In this document: positions 37,611 to 47,243 of the stretch, piece after piece | How positions within the stretch are numbered: position 1 is the first letter of the stretch | Layout of the letters: each line of letters opens with the position of its first letter | Assembly (NCBI GenBank): GCA_016699085.1 | Contig: CP064958.1 | Location: 3,785-67,784 of the forward strand | Origin: Candidatus Nomurabacteria bacterium | GTDB taxonomy: Bacteria > Patescibacteriota > Minisyncoccia > Phycocordibacterales > UBA9973 | Reading direction: 5' to 3' | Length of the DNA stretch: 64,000 nucleotides | Made by a program: the position numbers and the translations under genes | Notes under the pieces: generated by a model | The model's database searches: none | Seen by the model: only the letters and a program-made list of their open reading frames with translations | Told to the model about the DNA's origin: nothing

Positions 37611-37919
37611 TTATGCAGCTCCTTTAGCTTCTTTGCGTTTCTTGGTTGGGCTTTTCTTTGAGAGGACATTTCGTTTCTTGCCGGTAATCACGCCTTCTTT
37701 GATCATGTGGTTATGCATTGTGTCAGTTAGCTTGGCACCCATTTTCATCCAGTGTGCTATGCGATCTTTGTTGATCGTCATTTTGCCGCCATGAGGATTG
37801 AAGGTCCCCAAGATTTCGAGAAACTTACCGCTCTTGGTGCTGTTTTTAGAATCAGTTAAAACGACGCGGTAATGCGCTTCGTTTTTTCGCCCTATTCGCT
37901 GTAATCTGATCATTAACAT
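37611..37919 (-). CDS. rpsP: 30S ribosomal protein S16
   Basis: MLMIRLQRIGRKNEAHYRVVLTDS...; start taken at MLMIRL. Confidence 0.85.
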   Translation of the reverse strand: MLMIRLQRIGRKNEAHYRVVLTDSKNSTKSGKFLEILGTFNPHGGKMTINKDRIAHWMKMGAKLTDTMHNHMIKEGVITGKKRNVLSKKSPTKKRKEAKGAA

Positions 37920-37990
37920 GTGTGGAACTATACTAGCAGATATACACTTTTTGGTCAAATAAAAAATCCCACAGCTCTTTGTACTTGGTA

Positions 37991-38671
37991 CTAAAGTATA
38001 GCTGTGAGATTATTGAAGTCACATTCGTATATAACTTTATCGGCGAATCCTAATTCGATTGCGGGTAGTGGTGGAATACGAGTATCCATACGAAAAAGTT
38101 CACGCAAACAATCCTTTGATATTTTTTTTGTTGATGCATTCAAGAAAAATCCATACATCTGCTCTTGTGGAAGTTGCAACGTCTCTTTTTCCTTTTTTTG
38201 TTCCTCAAAAAGAGCTTTCAAATCAGTCTCCGCAGTAATCGGTTTTGATTTTGCGCTAATTAAGTGAAAATACAAAGAAGAGCCAGGTTCATACATAATA
38301 CGTATGGTGCAAGCTTGAAATACTAATGCACCAATAGAATCTACTCGTCCCCATGCAACCCCAACTATTACAACATTATATTTTTCACGATACTCTTCTA
38401 AAATTAAACGATACATTTGGTAGCCTGCCTTTACATTGCCCCCATTTGTTTCAAAAAAAATGAAAATTGGTTCTGTATTTTCTTGGCAAAGTTTGTACAG
38501 TTTATCATTTAAAGAAAGAAGATCTTTTTTACTTAGACCATTTTGTGTAATAAAAACAATTCTGCGTTCCAACTGTTCTTCTGGTGTGAAAGAAGGCAGT
38601 GGAGATTTTTGATGTTTTTTCAAGGTGCCTCCTTTTAATTTGACAGTATAGGAATTAAATAAGTATGTCAA
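37991..38671 (-). CDS. ClpP-family (S14/crotonase-fold) serine peptidase-like protein
   Basis: IFIFFETNGGNVKAGYQMY (cf. ClpP IYLYINSPGGSVTAG), VDSIGALVF (Ser), YFHLI (His), ELGFADKVI (cf. ClpP EYGLIDEVL). Confidence 0.45.
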   Translation of the reverse strand: MTYLFNSYTVKLKGGTLKKHQKSPLPSFTPEEQLERRIVFITQNGLSKKDLLSLNDKLYKLCQENTEPIFIFFETNGGNVKAGYQMYRLILEEYREKYNVVIVGVAWGRVDSIGALVFQACTIRIMYEPGSSLYFHLISAKSKPITAETDLKALFEEQKKEKETLQLPQEQMYGFFLNASTKKISKDCLRELFRMDTRIPPLPAIELGFADKVIYECDFNNLTAIL

Positions 38672-38729
38672 TTTATAAACCCCGTTTTTAAAATTTTAAA
38701 AACGGGGTTTATGATTTACATACCATAAA

Positions 38730-39038
38730 TCATTCTTTGTTGTAACACCGGTTGCAACTAGAATACTGGAAAAAATCACGGGGATCCTCAGGAAACAAAT
38801 CTGATTCCGGATCTGTGGCATTTTCCATATTCCAATCTTTCCCCACTAAAGAGGTGAAGTTATCTTCCACTTCCGGGTTTGGTTTGCTCAAAGGAGTGTT
38901 TTCGTCATTTTCTTCTTCATTCTCTGAATGATTCGTAGTTGTTGCATTACTTTTCATGGGATTTTCTATTTGTTTAGTGAAAAAATTGGTTAAAAAGTCA
39001 TGTATAAGCGCATACTGTGCCCAAACAAGACCTTTCAA
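38730..39038 (-). CDS. Hypothetical acidic protein
   Basis: 102-aa ORF. Confidence 0.35.
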   Translation of the reverse strand: MKGLVWAQYALIHDFLTNFFTKQIENPMKSNATTTNHSENEEENDENTPLSKPNPEVEDNFTSLVGKDWNMENATDPESDLFPEDPRDFFQYSSCNRCYNKE

Positions 39039-39173
39039 ACAATTTCTACCTATCCCCTATGTCGTACAATTTTGCCTATTATTATAGACGATTTTTTATA
39101 TTTTGTCAATATACGACTACCTATGCTAGAATATATCCATGAATAAAGGGCATTTCGACTATTCTACTCCTAT

Positions 39174-41150
39174 ATGAAACCAAAACACAAGCCAAAAGGT
39201 GCAAAACTAAAACCCCACAAAAATAAACACGATCATGGCGCTAAAAAATCCGATTCACTTTTGGAAGGCGCTTTGTCTGTCTCAGGCAAAGGCATAGGCA
39301 TGCTCAGGCTCAAAGAAAAGAAGCTTGAGATCGAAATCATGCCTGAGTATTTACACACTGCACTCCATGGTGATGTTGTCACCGTCAAAACTCTCCATAA
39401 AGGCAAAGGTGGCAAGGCAAGCGGCGAAGTAGTCGACATACTTGCTCGCGCCAAACCTGGTTTCGCAGGAGTACTTGAAACCCACAACGATAAATACTAT
39501 CTTCTACCGTCAGATTCAAAAATGTATACCGATATATTGATAGACAAAGCCAACTTAAACGGCGCAAAAGTTGGAGATAAAATTTTCGTCACGATTACAA
39601 AGTGGACTGAAGGCTCTATGCCAGAAGGCAACATCCAAGAAGTACTCGGTAAACCATACGAGAACAATGCCGAAATGCGAGCCATCGCACTTGAACGTGG
39701 TTTTGCAACTGACTTCCCTCCGATCGTTGAACGTGAAGCACATGCATTACTAACTGAGAAACCGGATCTCAGTACTCGCCGAGATTTTAGAACTATTCCT
39801 ACGTTTACGATCGATCCATTTGATGCCAAAGATTTCGATGATGCACTATCATTTCAAACTCTCCCTGACGGCACGTACGAGATCGGTATTCATATTGCCG
39901 ATGTATCGCACTATGTTCGCCCAGGCACAGAGCTCGACAAAGAAGCCTACAATCGTGCCACGTCAGTCTATCTCGTTGATAGGACGATTCCCATGCTTCC
40001 TGAAATTCTTTCCAATGATCTCTGTAGTCTCAAAGAAGGCGTCGACAGATTAACGATGAGTGCAGTTTTTATTATTGATACTAATGCGCACGTACTCAAA
40101 GAATGGTTCGGTCGCACCATCATTCATTCAGACAGACGTTTTACCTACGAAGACGCTCAGGCAATCCTCAATGCTGGCGAAGGGCAATTTTATGATGAAC
40201 TCAAAGTGCTCGACACGCTTGGCAAGAAACTTACAAAAGGCCGCTTCCGTGAAGGCGCTATATCACTCGAGCAAGATGAAGTTAAATTCGTCCTTGATGA
40301 GTATGGGGTACCACTCAAAGTAGTCAGGAAGACTCGCATCGATACAATGAAACTTATTGAGGAATTTATGCTTCTTGCAAATAAGAGCGTTGCGAAACAT
40401 ATTGCTTTGGGGGCACCGAAAGATGAGCGAGTTTTTATTTACAGAGTCCATGACACTCCCGATAAAGAACGCATTGAGGAACTGGTTTTCTTCTTGAAAT
40501 CCCTAGGCTACACACTCAAGCTCAAAGACGGTCTTCCGTCCCCACAAGATATCAATCGCCTCATGCAAGAAATTGAAGACAAGCCGGAACGCGCAACGAT
40601 CCAAACCGCAATCGTCAGATCAATGGCCAAAGCAATTTATTCAACCAACAATATTGGCCACTATGGACTCGCTTTCAAATACTACACACACTTCACCTCC
40701 CCGATCCGCCGATACCCAGACGTTATTGTCCATCGTTTATTGATGGAATATTTAGAGAAACGGAAAATCAACAAAGAGCATTTTGCCAATTACACAGCAT
40801 CGGCACTGCATTCATCGATGCGAGAGAAACAAGCAGCCGATGCTGAGCGAGGATCGATTAAGTATAAACAAGTTGAATATATGGCAGACCACATCGGCGA
40901 AACATTCCAAGGTGTGATTTCTGGTGTTACCGAATGGGGACTCTATGTTGAAGAAAAAGAGACAAAGTGTGAGGGCATGGTCAAGCTTCGCGATTTGACT
41001 GATGATTACTATGTCTTCGATCCAAAGCGCATGCGTGTCGTCGGTGAAAAGAAAAAGAAAGTCTATCGTATCGGCGACGAATTAACCGTAAAAGTTGTTA
41101 CAGCAAACCTTGAGAAAAAAATTATTGATTACGCCATTATCGAAAAGTAA
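39174..41150 (+). CDS. rnr: Ribonuclease R (RNB-family 3'-5' exoribonuclease)
   Basis: Lys-rich N-terminus, cold-shock/OB domains, RNB motif TIDPFDAKDFDDALS, C-terminal S1 domain. Confidence 0.9.
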   Translation: MKPKHKPKGAKLKPHKNKHDHGAKKSDSLLEGALSVSGKGIGMLRLKEKKLEIEIMPEYLHTALHGDVVTVKTLHKGKGGKASGEVVDILARAKPGFAGVLETHNDKYYLLPSDSKMYTDILIDKANLNGAKVGDKIFVTITKWTEGSMPEGNIQEVLGKPYENNAEMRAIALERGFATDFPPIVEREAHALLTEKPDLSTRRDFRTIPTFTIDPFDAKDFDDALSFQTLPDGTYEIGIHIADVSHYVRPGTELDKEAYNRATSVYLVDRTIPMLPEILSNDLCSLKEGVDRLTMSAVFIIDTNAHVLKEWFGRTIIHSDRRFTYEDAQAILNAGEGQFYDELKVLDTLGKKLTKGRFREGAISLEQDEVKFVLDEYGVPLKVVRKTRIDTMKLIEEFMLLANKSVAKHIALGAPKDERVFIYRVHDTPDKERIEELVFFLKSLGYTLKLKDGLPSPQDINRLMQEIEDKPERATIQTAIVRSMAKAIYSTNNIGHYGLAFKYYTHFTSPIRRYPDVIVHRLLMEYLEKRKINKEHFANYTASALHSSMREKQAADAERGSIKYKQVEYMADHIGETFQGVISGVTEWGLYVEEKETKCEGMVKLRDLTDDYYVFDPKRMRVVGEKKKKVYRIGDELTVKVVTANLEKKIIDYAIIEK

Positions 41151-41153
41151 TCC

Positions 41154-43499
41154 ATGGGAAAAAAGCAATTGAAACTACTAAGCCAAATTGGTATGACCAT
41201 CGTGGCACTTGCAGTCGGCATTGCCATTGCTGCTGGTATTTTTAGTGGTGCATCTATACTAGGGACAACTATCAAATCAACGAGTGTAAAAATACTCGCC
41301 TATATAAACAAGCCTGTTACCCATATTGAACAAGCATTACAAGGGCAACCACTAGCGACAACCCAAGCGCTATTTGATCCCAATGCTCCCATTGAAATCA
41401 AACTCGGCAATGTTAGCGATGGTGATTTTTCTCCGCCAGAATCTGGCAAAGTCATCCGCATTAATCTAGACACGATGCAGCTAGACCAATACGAAGATGG
41501 GACTCTCAAAAATACAATGAAAGTGCTTTCCAAAGGCAAAGTCGGTTCGTATTGGGAAACACCTGGCGGCAACTACACCGTATTAACCAAAGAAGAAAAA
41601 CATCTCTCAAGTATGGGGCAAGTATGGATGCCGTGGAGCATGCAATTTTTCGGCAATTATTTTATCCATGGCTGGCCGTACTATCCAAATGGCAACCCAG
41701 TGACTGACATCGGCTACTCTGGCGGCTGTATTAGACTTTCAAATGATGATGCCAAATCACTCTATAAATGGGCAGACCTTAGGACTGAAGTATCTATTTA
41801 CAATACTAAAGGTACATTACCGAAAGAAGTCGCCTTGAGGTCACCGTACTTTTTAAGGAATCCAAACATCACTCCGCAAGTGAGCGCGGGGGCATTTGTT
41901 GTAGGTGATATCGAATCAGGCGACATACTGCTACAAAAAAACATGAATGCCATTCACCCTATTGCGTCTGTCTCCAAACTCATGACTGCACTCGTTGCGC
42001 TCGATATAGTCCATCAGCGTGCCTTTGCCAAAATTTCAAACCAAGCATTAGCAACAAGCGGACAAAACGCAGGCTTTACCACACATGATCATCTAAAAAA
42101 TTCTGATATCCTCTACCCACTCTTGATGCAATCGTCAAATGATGCAGCAGAAATTTTAGCAGAACAAAATGGCCGCAAAAGCTTTATAATCGCAATGAAT
42201 GAAAAGGTTGGCTCACTCGGACTTTTAGCAACTTCATTTGATGACCCATCCGGACTCTCAGCAAAAAACACCTCGACCGCGCTTGATCTGTTTAAGCTTG
42301 TTCGGCATATCTCCACATTTAAAAACTATATCTTCGATATTACGACGACCAAACAATACTCCACTTCATCACATGCGTGGGTAAGCAGCAATCAATTCTT
42401 AAATGTAAGCGGATATGTCGGTGGCAAAAGTGGCTATACTGATCCAGCCAAACAAACAGGTATATCACTTTTCAAAGTGCCTATTTCAGAATTTGAAACT
42501 CGTACGATTGCGGTAACGCTTCTCCAAAGTGATGATAGGCGCACCGACGTCCTCAAACTCATGGACTACGTCAAAAAGAATATGTACCTAGGCGCACCAC
42601 GCGCTATCAAAGTAGCGACCAATACCGCCACACCAAGCAAAAAAGTATCACTACTTTTTGGTGGTGACATTATGCTTGATCGTGGCGTCAAAACATCTGT
42701 AGAAAAAAATTTTGGTGGCGACTATAATAAACTTTTTGATAATATAGGAAGCATCAAAGATGCTGACATAACATTTGTGAATCTCGAAGGTCCTGTATCA
42801 GATGTGGGCAATAATGTTGGCAGCAAGTATTCATTCCGCATGGATCCAAAAGTACTACCAGCACTCCTTAATGCTGGTATTGATATCGTTTCATTTGCAA
42901 ACAACCACGTCGGCGACTGGAACAAAGCAGCATTCAATGACACACTCGGAAGACTTACAAAAAATGGCATTCTCTACACTGGCGCAGGCAGTAGTAAAGC
43001 TCAAGCAGAAGAGCCTACGATCATTGAGAAGAATGGTCTTAAGGTTGGCTACTTAGGATTCTCTGATGTTGGACCTGATTGGGTCGCAGCAACTGACAAA
43101 GCATCTGGGATACTACTAGCCAGTGATCCAGATTTTGAAGGTATCATACGACGCGCACGCGCAAAGGTAGATATACTCATTGTCTCTGTCCACTGGGGCA
43201 CCGAATACAAAGAGCACACAGCTCATCAATCCTACCTCGCCCACCGTGCGATAGATAATGGCGCCTCACTTGTTATCGGCCATCATCCACATGTCGAACA
43301 AGCAACCGAAACCTACAAAGATGGTCTTATTGTCTACAGTTTAGGAAATTTTATTTTCGACCAGTACTTCTCGCCCGAAACTATGCAAGGTCTCATTGTT
43401 AGTGTTGATTTTGATGGTAATAAAATTACTACTGTTACCAAAAGTACGGTAAAACTCAACACTATGTACCAACCAGAATCGATTACCCCCAAAGAATAA
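41154..43499 (+). CDS. Triple-domain cell-wall enzyme: L,D-transpeptidase (YkuD) + D-Ala-D-Ala carboxypeptidase (S11) + CapA/PgsA-type metallophosphoesterase
   Basis: HGWPYY...YSGGCIRLSNDD (Ldt Cys); ASVSKLMTALVALD (SxxK) and SSN/KSG-type PBP motifs; VSVHWGTEY...IGHHPHV (CapA). Confidence 0.7.
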   Translation: MGKKQLKLLSQIGMTIVALAVGIAIAAGIFSGASILGTTIKSTSVKILAYINKPVTHIEQALQGQPLATTQALFDPNAPIEIKLGNVSDGDFSPPESGKVIRINLDTMQLDQYEDGTLKNTMKVLSKGKVGSYWETPGGNYTVLTKEEKHLSSMGQVWMPWSMQFFGNYFIHGWPYYPNGNPVTDIGYSGGCIRLSNDDAKSLYKWADLRTEVSIYNTKGTLPKEVALRSPYFLRNPNITPQVSAGAFVVGDIESGDILLQKNMNAIHPIASVSKLMTALVALDIVHQRAFAKISNQALATSGQNAGFTTHDHLKNSDILYPLLMQSSNDAAEILAEQNGRKSFIIAMNEKVGSLGLLATSFDDPSGLSAKNTSTALDLFKLVRHISTFKNYIFDITTTKQYSTSSHAWVSSNQFLNVSGYVGGKSGYTDPAKQTGISLFKVPISEFETRTIAVTLLQSDDRRTDVLKLMDYVKKNMYLGAPRAIKVATNTATPSKKVSLLFGGDIMLDRGVKTSVEKNFGGDYNKLFDNIGSIKDADITFVNLEGPVSDVGNNVGSKYSFRMDPKVLPALLNAGIDIVSFANNHVGDWNKAAFNDTLGRLTKNGILYTGAGSSKAQAEEPTIIEKNGLKVGYLGFSDVGPDWVAATDKASGILLASDPDFEGIIRRARAKVDILIVSVHWGTEYKEHTAHQSYLAHRAIDNGASLVIGHHPHVEQATETYKDGLIVYSLGNFIFDQYFSPETMQGLIVSVDFDGNKITTVTKSTVKLNTMYQPESITPKE

Positions 43500-43532
43500 T
43501 ATGGTATAGTCGAGGTATAAAAATACTAGTTT

Positions 43533-44354
43533 ATGAGAATTTCATCTATCAAAACTTCAACGTATGTCTATAGTATTTGCACCATTGTGCTAGTTTTTTC
43601 TATTTATTTTATTGACATTCATCTCTATGCAAAGCCAACACACCAGGGAGTATCTGAAAACAATGTACCTTCTAGTTCTCTTGTAGCGTCCCTCCCTGTT
43701 GCAACAAACATTGTCGAAACACAGACAGCAAAATATACCATCAACAACATATTTAATGTCGTACCGATTGACCCAGCCGGGAATAAAAAAGTTGTACTTC
43801 TTACTATGGACGATGGGCCAAAATCAAAGACTACTCTTGATCCAATCCTAGCCACACTCGATGCTAAAAATGTTCACATACTTTTCTTTGTAGTTGGGTC
43901 ATACGTCAAATTACACCCTGATCTAACTACCGCCATGCAAGCTCATGGCCATACTATAGGTAATCACACCTGGGATCATGCCAACCTCACGAAACTGCCG
44001 ATCGAAAAGCAGATCAAAGAGCTAGACGATACATCAAAGATTATCAAAGACACAATCGGCACACTGCCGCAGTTTTTCCGCCCACCGTACGGCATGGCTA
44101 CAGCAGAAGCAAAAGAGTATGTTAAAGAAAATAAAATGACGTACATGACCTGGTCGCTCGGAGGCGAAGATTGGGTGAAGAAATACCAGAGCAAAGATGC
44201 ACTAGCACAGCATATCGTCGAACAACTTCATCCAGGAGCCAATATTTTGATTCATGAATTCCCATGGACCCGCGACGCGTTGCCAGAGATTATCGACGGC
44301 ATACGAGCGGCAGGCTATATCATCATCGATCCAAAAGAAATTCAGACACTATAG
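43533..44354 (+). CDS. Polysaccharide deacetylase (NodB/CE4 family)
   Basis: LLTMDDGP and HTIGNHTWDH NodB motifs, N-terminal TM. Confidence 0.8.
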   Translation: MRISSIKTSTYVYSICTIVLVFSIYFIDIHLYAKPTHQGVSENNVPSSSLVASLPVATNIVETQTAKYTINNIFNVVPIDPAGNKKVVLLTMDDGPKSKTTLDPILATLDAKNVHILFFVVGSYVKLHPDLTTAMQAHGHTIGNHTWDHANLTKLPIEKQIKELDDTSKIIKDTIGTLPQFFRPPYGMATAEAKEYVKENKMTYMTWSLGGEDWVKKYQSKDALAQHIVEQLHPGANILIHEFPWTRDALPEIIDGIRAAGYIIIDPKEIQTL

Positions 44355-44418
44355 TAAAATAAAATGCCCCGTACGTTCGGAGCATTTTTCTTATTCTGCA
44401 TATTTTTATATTATACAT

Positions 44419-44991
44419 TCAAGCAAGAAGTTCTTTGGCTTTTTCGGCTATAACTCTTGCCTGCATAATTCCTTCTTCCTTCGATACATTTAATAACTTA
44501 TGAAAGTATGGAAGATTTTCTTTCTCTAAAAAAACATCCATCGACTCACTGCTACGGGTCGTAACTACAATAACATGAGCTTTTGGTAAATATTTTATCA
44601 CGTAGCTATAGTACAAAAAAATGCCTGCATTAAAACCATTATCTAAATAATATTTAGCAGTTCTTTTTTTATCTTTCTTAGCTTCACAATCAATAGTGAC
44701 ATCAAATGCTTTGCCTGCAACGCCGCCGGTAAGTGTTACTATTTCTTCTGTACTTACATGCATCATTGCATCAAGAATTATAATATCGTACAGTATGCCA
44801 CTTTGTATCGCTGCGATGGCATCTTTAACCGTACGTGTATGATTTACAATTTTAAAACCCAGATTGAAAAGTCGTAAAAAAAACTTATTTTCAAATTTTG
44901 GATGTTCAATATATAGCACTCTATTTTGGCATGCCATAAAAAGAATTTTTCGTGAACAATACTTATCTGGGATATTACTATTTATTCTCAA
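44419..44991 (-). CDS. Hypothetical protein with possible receiver (CheY-like)/flavodoxin-like fold
   Basis: ILFMACQN...DIIILDAMM pattern; weak. Confidence 0.35.
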   Translation of the reverse strand: MRINSNIPDKYCSRKILFMACQNRVLYIEHPKFENKFFLRLFNLGFKIVNHTRTVKDAIAAIQSGILYDIIILDAMMHVSTEEIVTLTGGVAGKAFDVTIDCEAKKDKKRTAKYYLDNGFNAGIFLYYSYVIKYLPKAHVIVVTTRSSESMDVFLEKENLPYFHKLLNVSKEEGIMQARVIAEKAKELLA

Positions 44992-45012
44992 TATGTCAAG
45001 GAGACCAGAAAC

Positions 45013-47235
45013 TTACTTCGCTATCTGCACTGCTTCGTCGAACTTGATCGATAGGAGCTTGGATGCACCATCAGAGCCGATTGTCACTCCGTAGAGTACA
45101 TCAGCGCGAGACATGGTTTCTCGATTATGCGTTACGACGATGAGTTCAGAGTATTTCGATAGACTTTCGATCATATTGCCGTATTTTTTACTGTTAGCTT
45201 CGTCGAGTGCTGCATCAGTCTCATCGAGTACGAGAAATGGTGGCGGATTGACTTGCGACATGGCAAAGAGAAGCGCGATAGATGTGAGCGATCGCTCGCC
45301 ACCTGAAAGCATGTTGAGGTCTTTGACCTTCTTATGTGGCAATGACACATTGATCTCAATGCCACGCTCAAATGCTAATTCCCCATCAGCTGACATTTCT
45401 TCTTCATCTTCCTCTTTGCTCTTCCTCTTATGCTCAACCACTATAGCGAGAAAGGCACTACCCCCACCGAACATGAGTGCAAAGAATTCTTGGAACTGTT
45501 TATTGATCTTGAGTATGCCAGCTTTGAATTCTGTATCGAGCTTTTCCTTGAGTTCTGCAATGAGACGTTTGAGTTCGTTGATAGATACTTCCAAATCTCC
45601 AAGCTCTCGCGCTAGGAATTGATCACGCTCCTTGATGCTTTCGTACTCTTTGAGTACATCACTGCCACTACCACCACCGGCATCTTCAATTTTAATTTTG
45701 ATGCGTTCAATTCTCTTACGCAGATCTTCTTGTACTGACCGCTCAACTGCTTCCCCTTTGTTTATATGTTCTGGAGCGCCTACCAATACTCGCGCTTCTT
45801 GTTGTTCATTAGCATACGCAGTCGTTACTGTTTCAAGCACATCTTTACGCAACCGGAGCATTTCTAATTTTGCATTGATAGCGTTTTGCTTGGCTTTAAG
45901 TTCATAGGATTCACGTTCGCTTTCACGCAGTGCTCGCTCATGAAGTAGCGTAGCATTTTGAAGCTTCTGTAATTCCCTTTCATAAGCAACATACTCTTCG
46001 TCGTACACTTCGAGTGCGCGGATCAGCTCTTTGATTGAACCTTCGACATTTTGTATATGTTCACTATCTTCTGTAGTTTCGCTTTGTGCTACATCTACTT
46101 TTTGGAAGAAAACCAATTTCTCTCTGACATTACGAAGAATAGGAATCGCATCAGACAATGATGCTGCTTCGATCGCTTCGGCAATCATAGCTTCAAGTTC
46201 TCCGATGAGCACTTCAACTTCTTCTTTCGGAATCATTGTTTGCTTTTGTGGAGCGTCTTTTTTCACTGTGAGTGCCTCGAGAACCCCCTCAAGACGTCCC
46301 AGATTTCTACTCGTATCATCTCGCTTTTTCTTAAGTGCAAAAATTTTCTCCTCTAGCGTTGCAATATCACGGGTGACACTCGCATCAGTTGGCGCCACTG
46401 CCGGCACCTCAACACCTGCGAGGGCTTCAGTGATTTTCTTGGCTTCGATTTCATGCTCTACTCGTTCTTTTTCGATTGCAGCTTTTTCGGTTGTTATGTA
46501 ATATTCCTCATTTGCAAAATACGTCGTATATAATCCTTGCAGTTCCGTACGAAGCTCTTTGGCTTTTTCGATTTTTTCAACTTGTTTGCTCAAAAACGTA
46601 ATATGCGGAGAAAGTTCCCGTCGTAGTGATCCTACTTCTTTCATATTGGCGAGTGTACGCTCGAGTTTGCGCTCACTTTCGCGGAGCTTGTACTGATAGA
46701 CACGAAGTCCCAGTGCATCTTCGATCATGCTACGACGATCTTTAGAAGATGCATTGAGTACTCGATCTGCTTCACCTTGGGAAATCATATGGTGGCCAGA
46801 ACTACCAATATGCACTGAGGCGAGAAGCTCTAAAATATCTTTAAGTCTCACTTCTGAACCATTGATACTGTATCGATTGGCACCATCGCTATAGACTTCA
46901 CGACTTAGTGTGATTTCATCAAACGCAATATTTGGAAGTCCGCTCGAATTATTGGCAAATGAGAAAATTTTTTTGCGATTATCAAACACAATACCGACTG
47001 ACGCACGCGAAGGTGCACTCAAACCTTTTGATCCCTTAAAAATAAGGTCAGTGCCAGATTTGCCACGCATTGACTTGATTGACTGCTCGCCCAACACAAA
47101 ACGTATAGCTTCAACGACGTTTGATTTACCAGAACCATTGGGACCAACGATTGCAGTTACGGGTGACGTAAAATCAAGAACCGTCTTTTTGCCGAATGAT
47201 TTAAATCCACTTAGTTCGAGGCGCTTGAGGTACAT
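45013..47235 (-). CDS. smc: SMC chromosome-condensation ATPase with shortened coiled-coil (740 aa)
   Basis: N-terminal MYLKRLELSGFKSF...GPNGSGKSN Walker A; C-terminal LSGGERSLTSIALLFAM...VLDETDAALD signature/Walker B; conserved rnc-smc neighbourhood. Confidence 0.8.
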   Translation of the reverse strand: MYLKRLELSGFKSFGKKTVLDFTSPVTAIVGPNGSGKSNVVEAIRFVLGEQSIKSMRGKSGTDLIFKGSKGLSAPSRASVGIVFDNRKKIFSFANNSSGLPNIAFDEITLSREVYSDGANRYSINGSEVRLKDILELLASVHIGSSGHHMISQGEADRVLNASSKDRRSMIEDALGLRVYQYKLRESERKLERTLANMKEVGSLRRELSPHITFLSKQVEKIEKAKELRTELQGLYTTYFANEEYYITTEKAAIEKERVEHEIEAKKITEALAGVEVPAVAPTDASVTRDIATLEEKIFALKKKRDDTSRNLGRLEGVLEALTVKKDAPQKQTMIPKEEVEVLIGELEAMIAEAIEAASLSDAIPILRNVREKLVFFQKVDVAQSETTEDSEHIQNVEGSIKELIRALEVYDEEYVAYERELQKLQNATLLHERALRESERESYELKAKQNAINAKLEMLRLRKDVLETVTTAYANEQQEARVLVGAPEHINKGEAVERSVQEDLRKRIERIKIKIEDAGGGSGSDVLKEYESIKERDQFLARELGDLEVSINELKRLIAELKEKLDTEFKAGILKINKQFQEFFALMFGGGSAFLAIVVEHKRKSKEEDEEEMSADGELAFERGIEINVSLPHKKVKDLNMLSGGERSLTSIALLFAMSQVNPPPFLVLDETDAALDEANSKKYGNMIESLSKYSELIVVTHNRETMSRADVLYGVTIGSDGASKLLSIKFDEAVQIAK

Positions 47236-47243
47236 AATAATTG

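Noticed and set aside
44419-44991. Calling the 190-aa protein a response regulator
   Set aside because: Only a loose receiver-like pattern; conserved Asp/Lys/Thr positions cannot be verified by eye, so it is kept as hypothetical with a fold comment.
45013-47235. SMC-like ATPase as part of a Lamassu/Wadjet-type defence system
   Set aside because: No partner effector genes (LmuA, JetABD) are adjacent; the conserved rnc neighbourhood argues for the housekeeping SMC.
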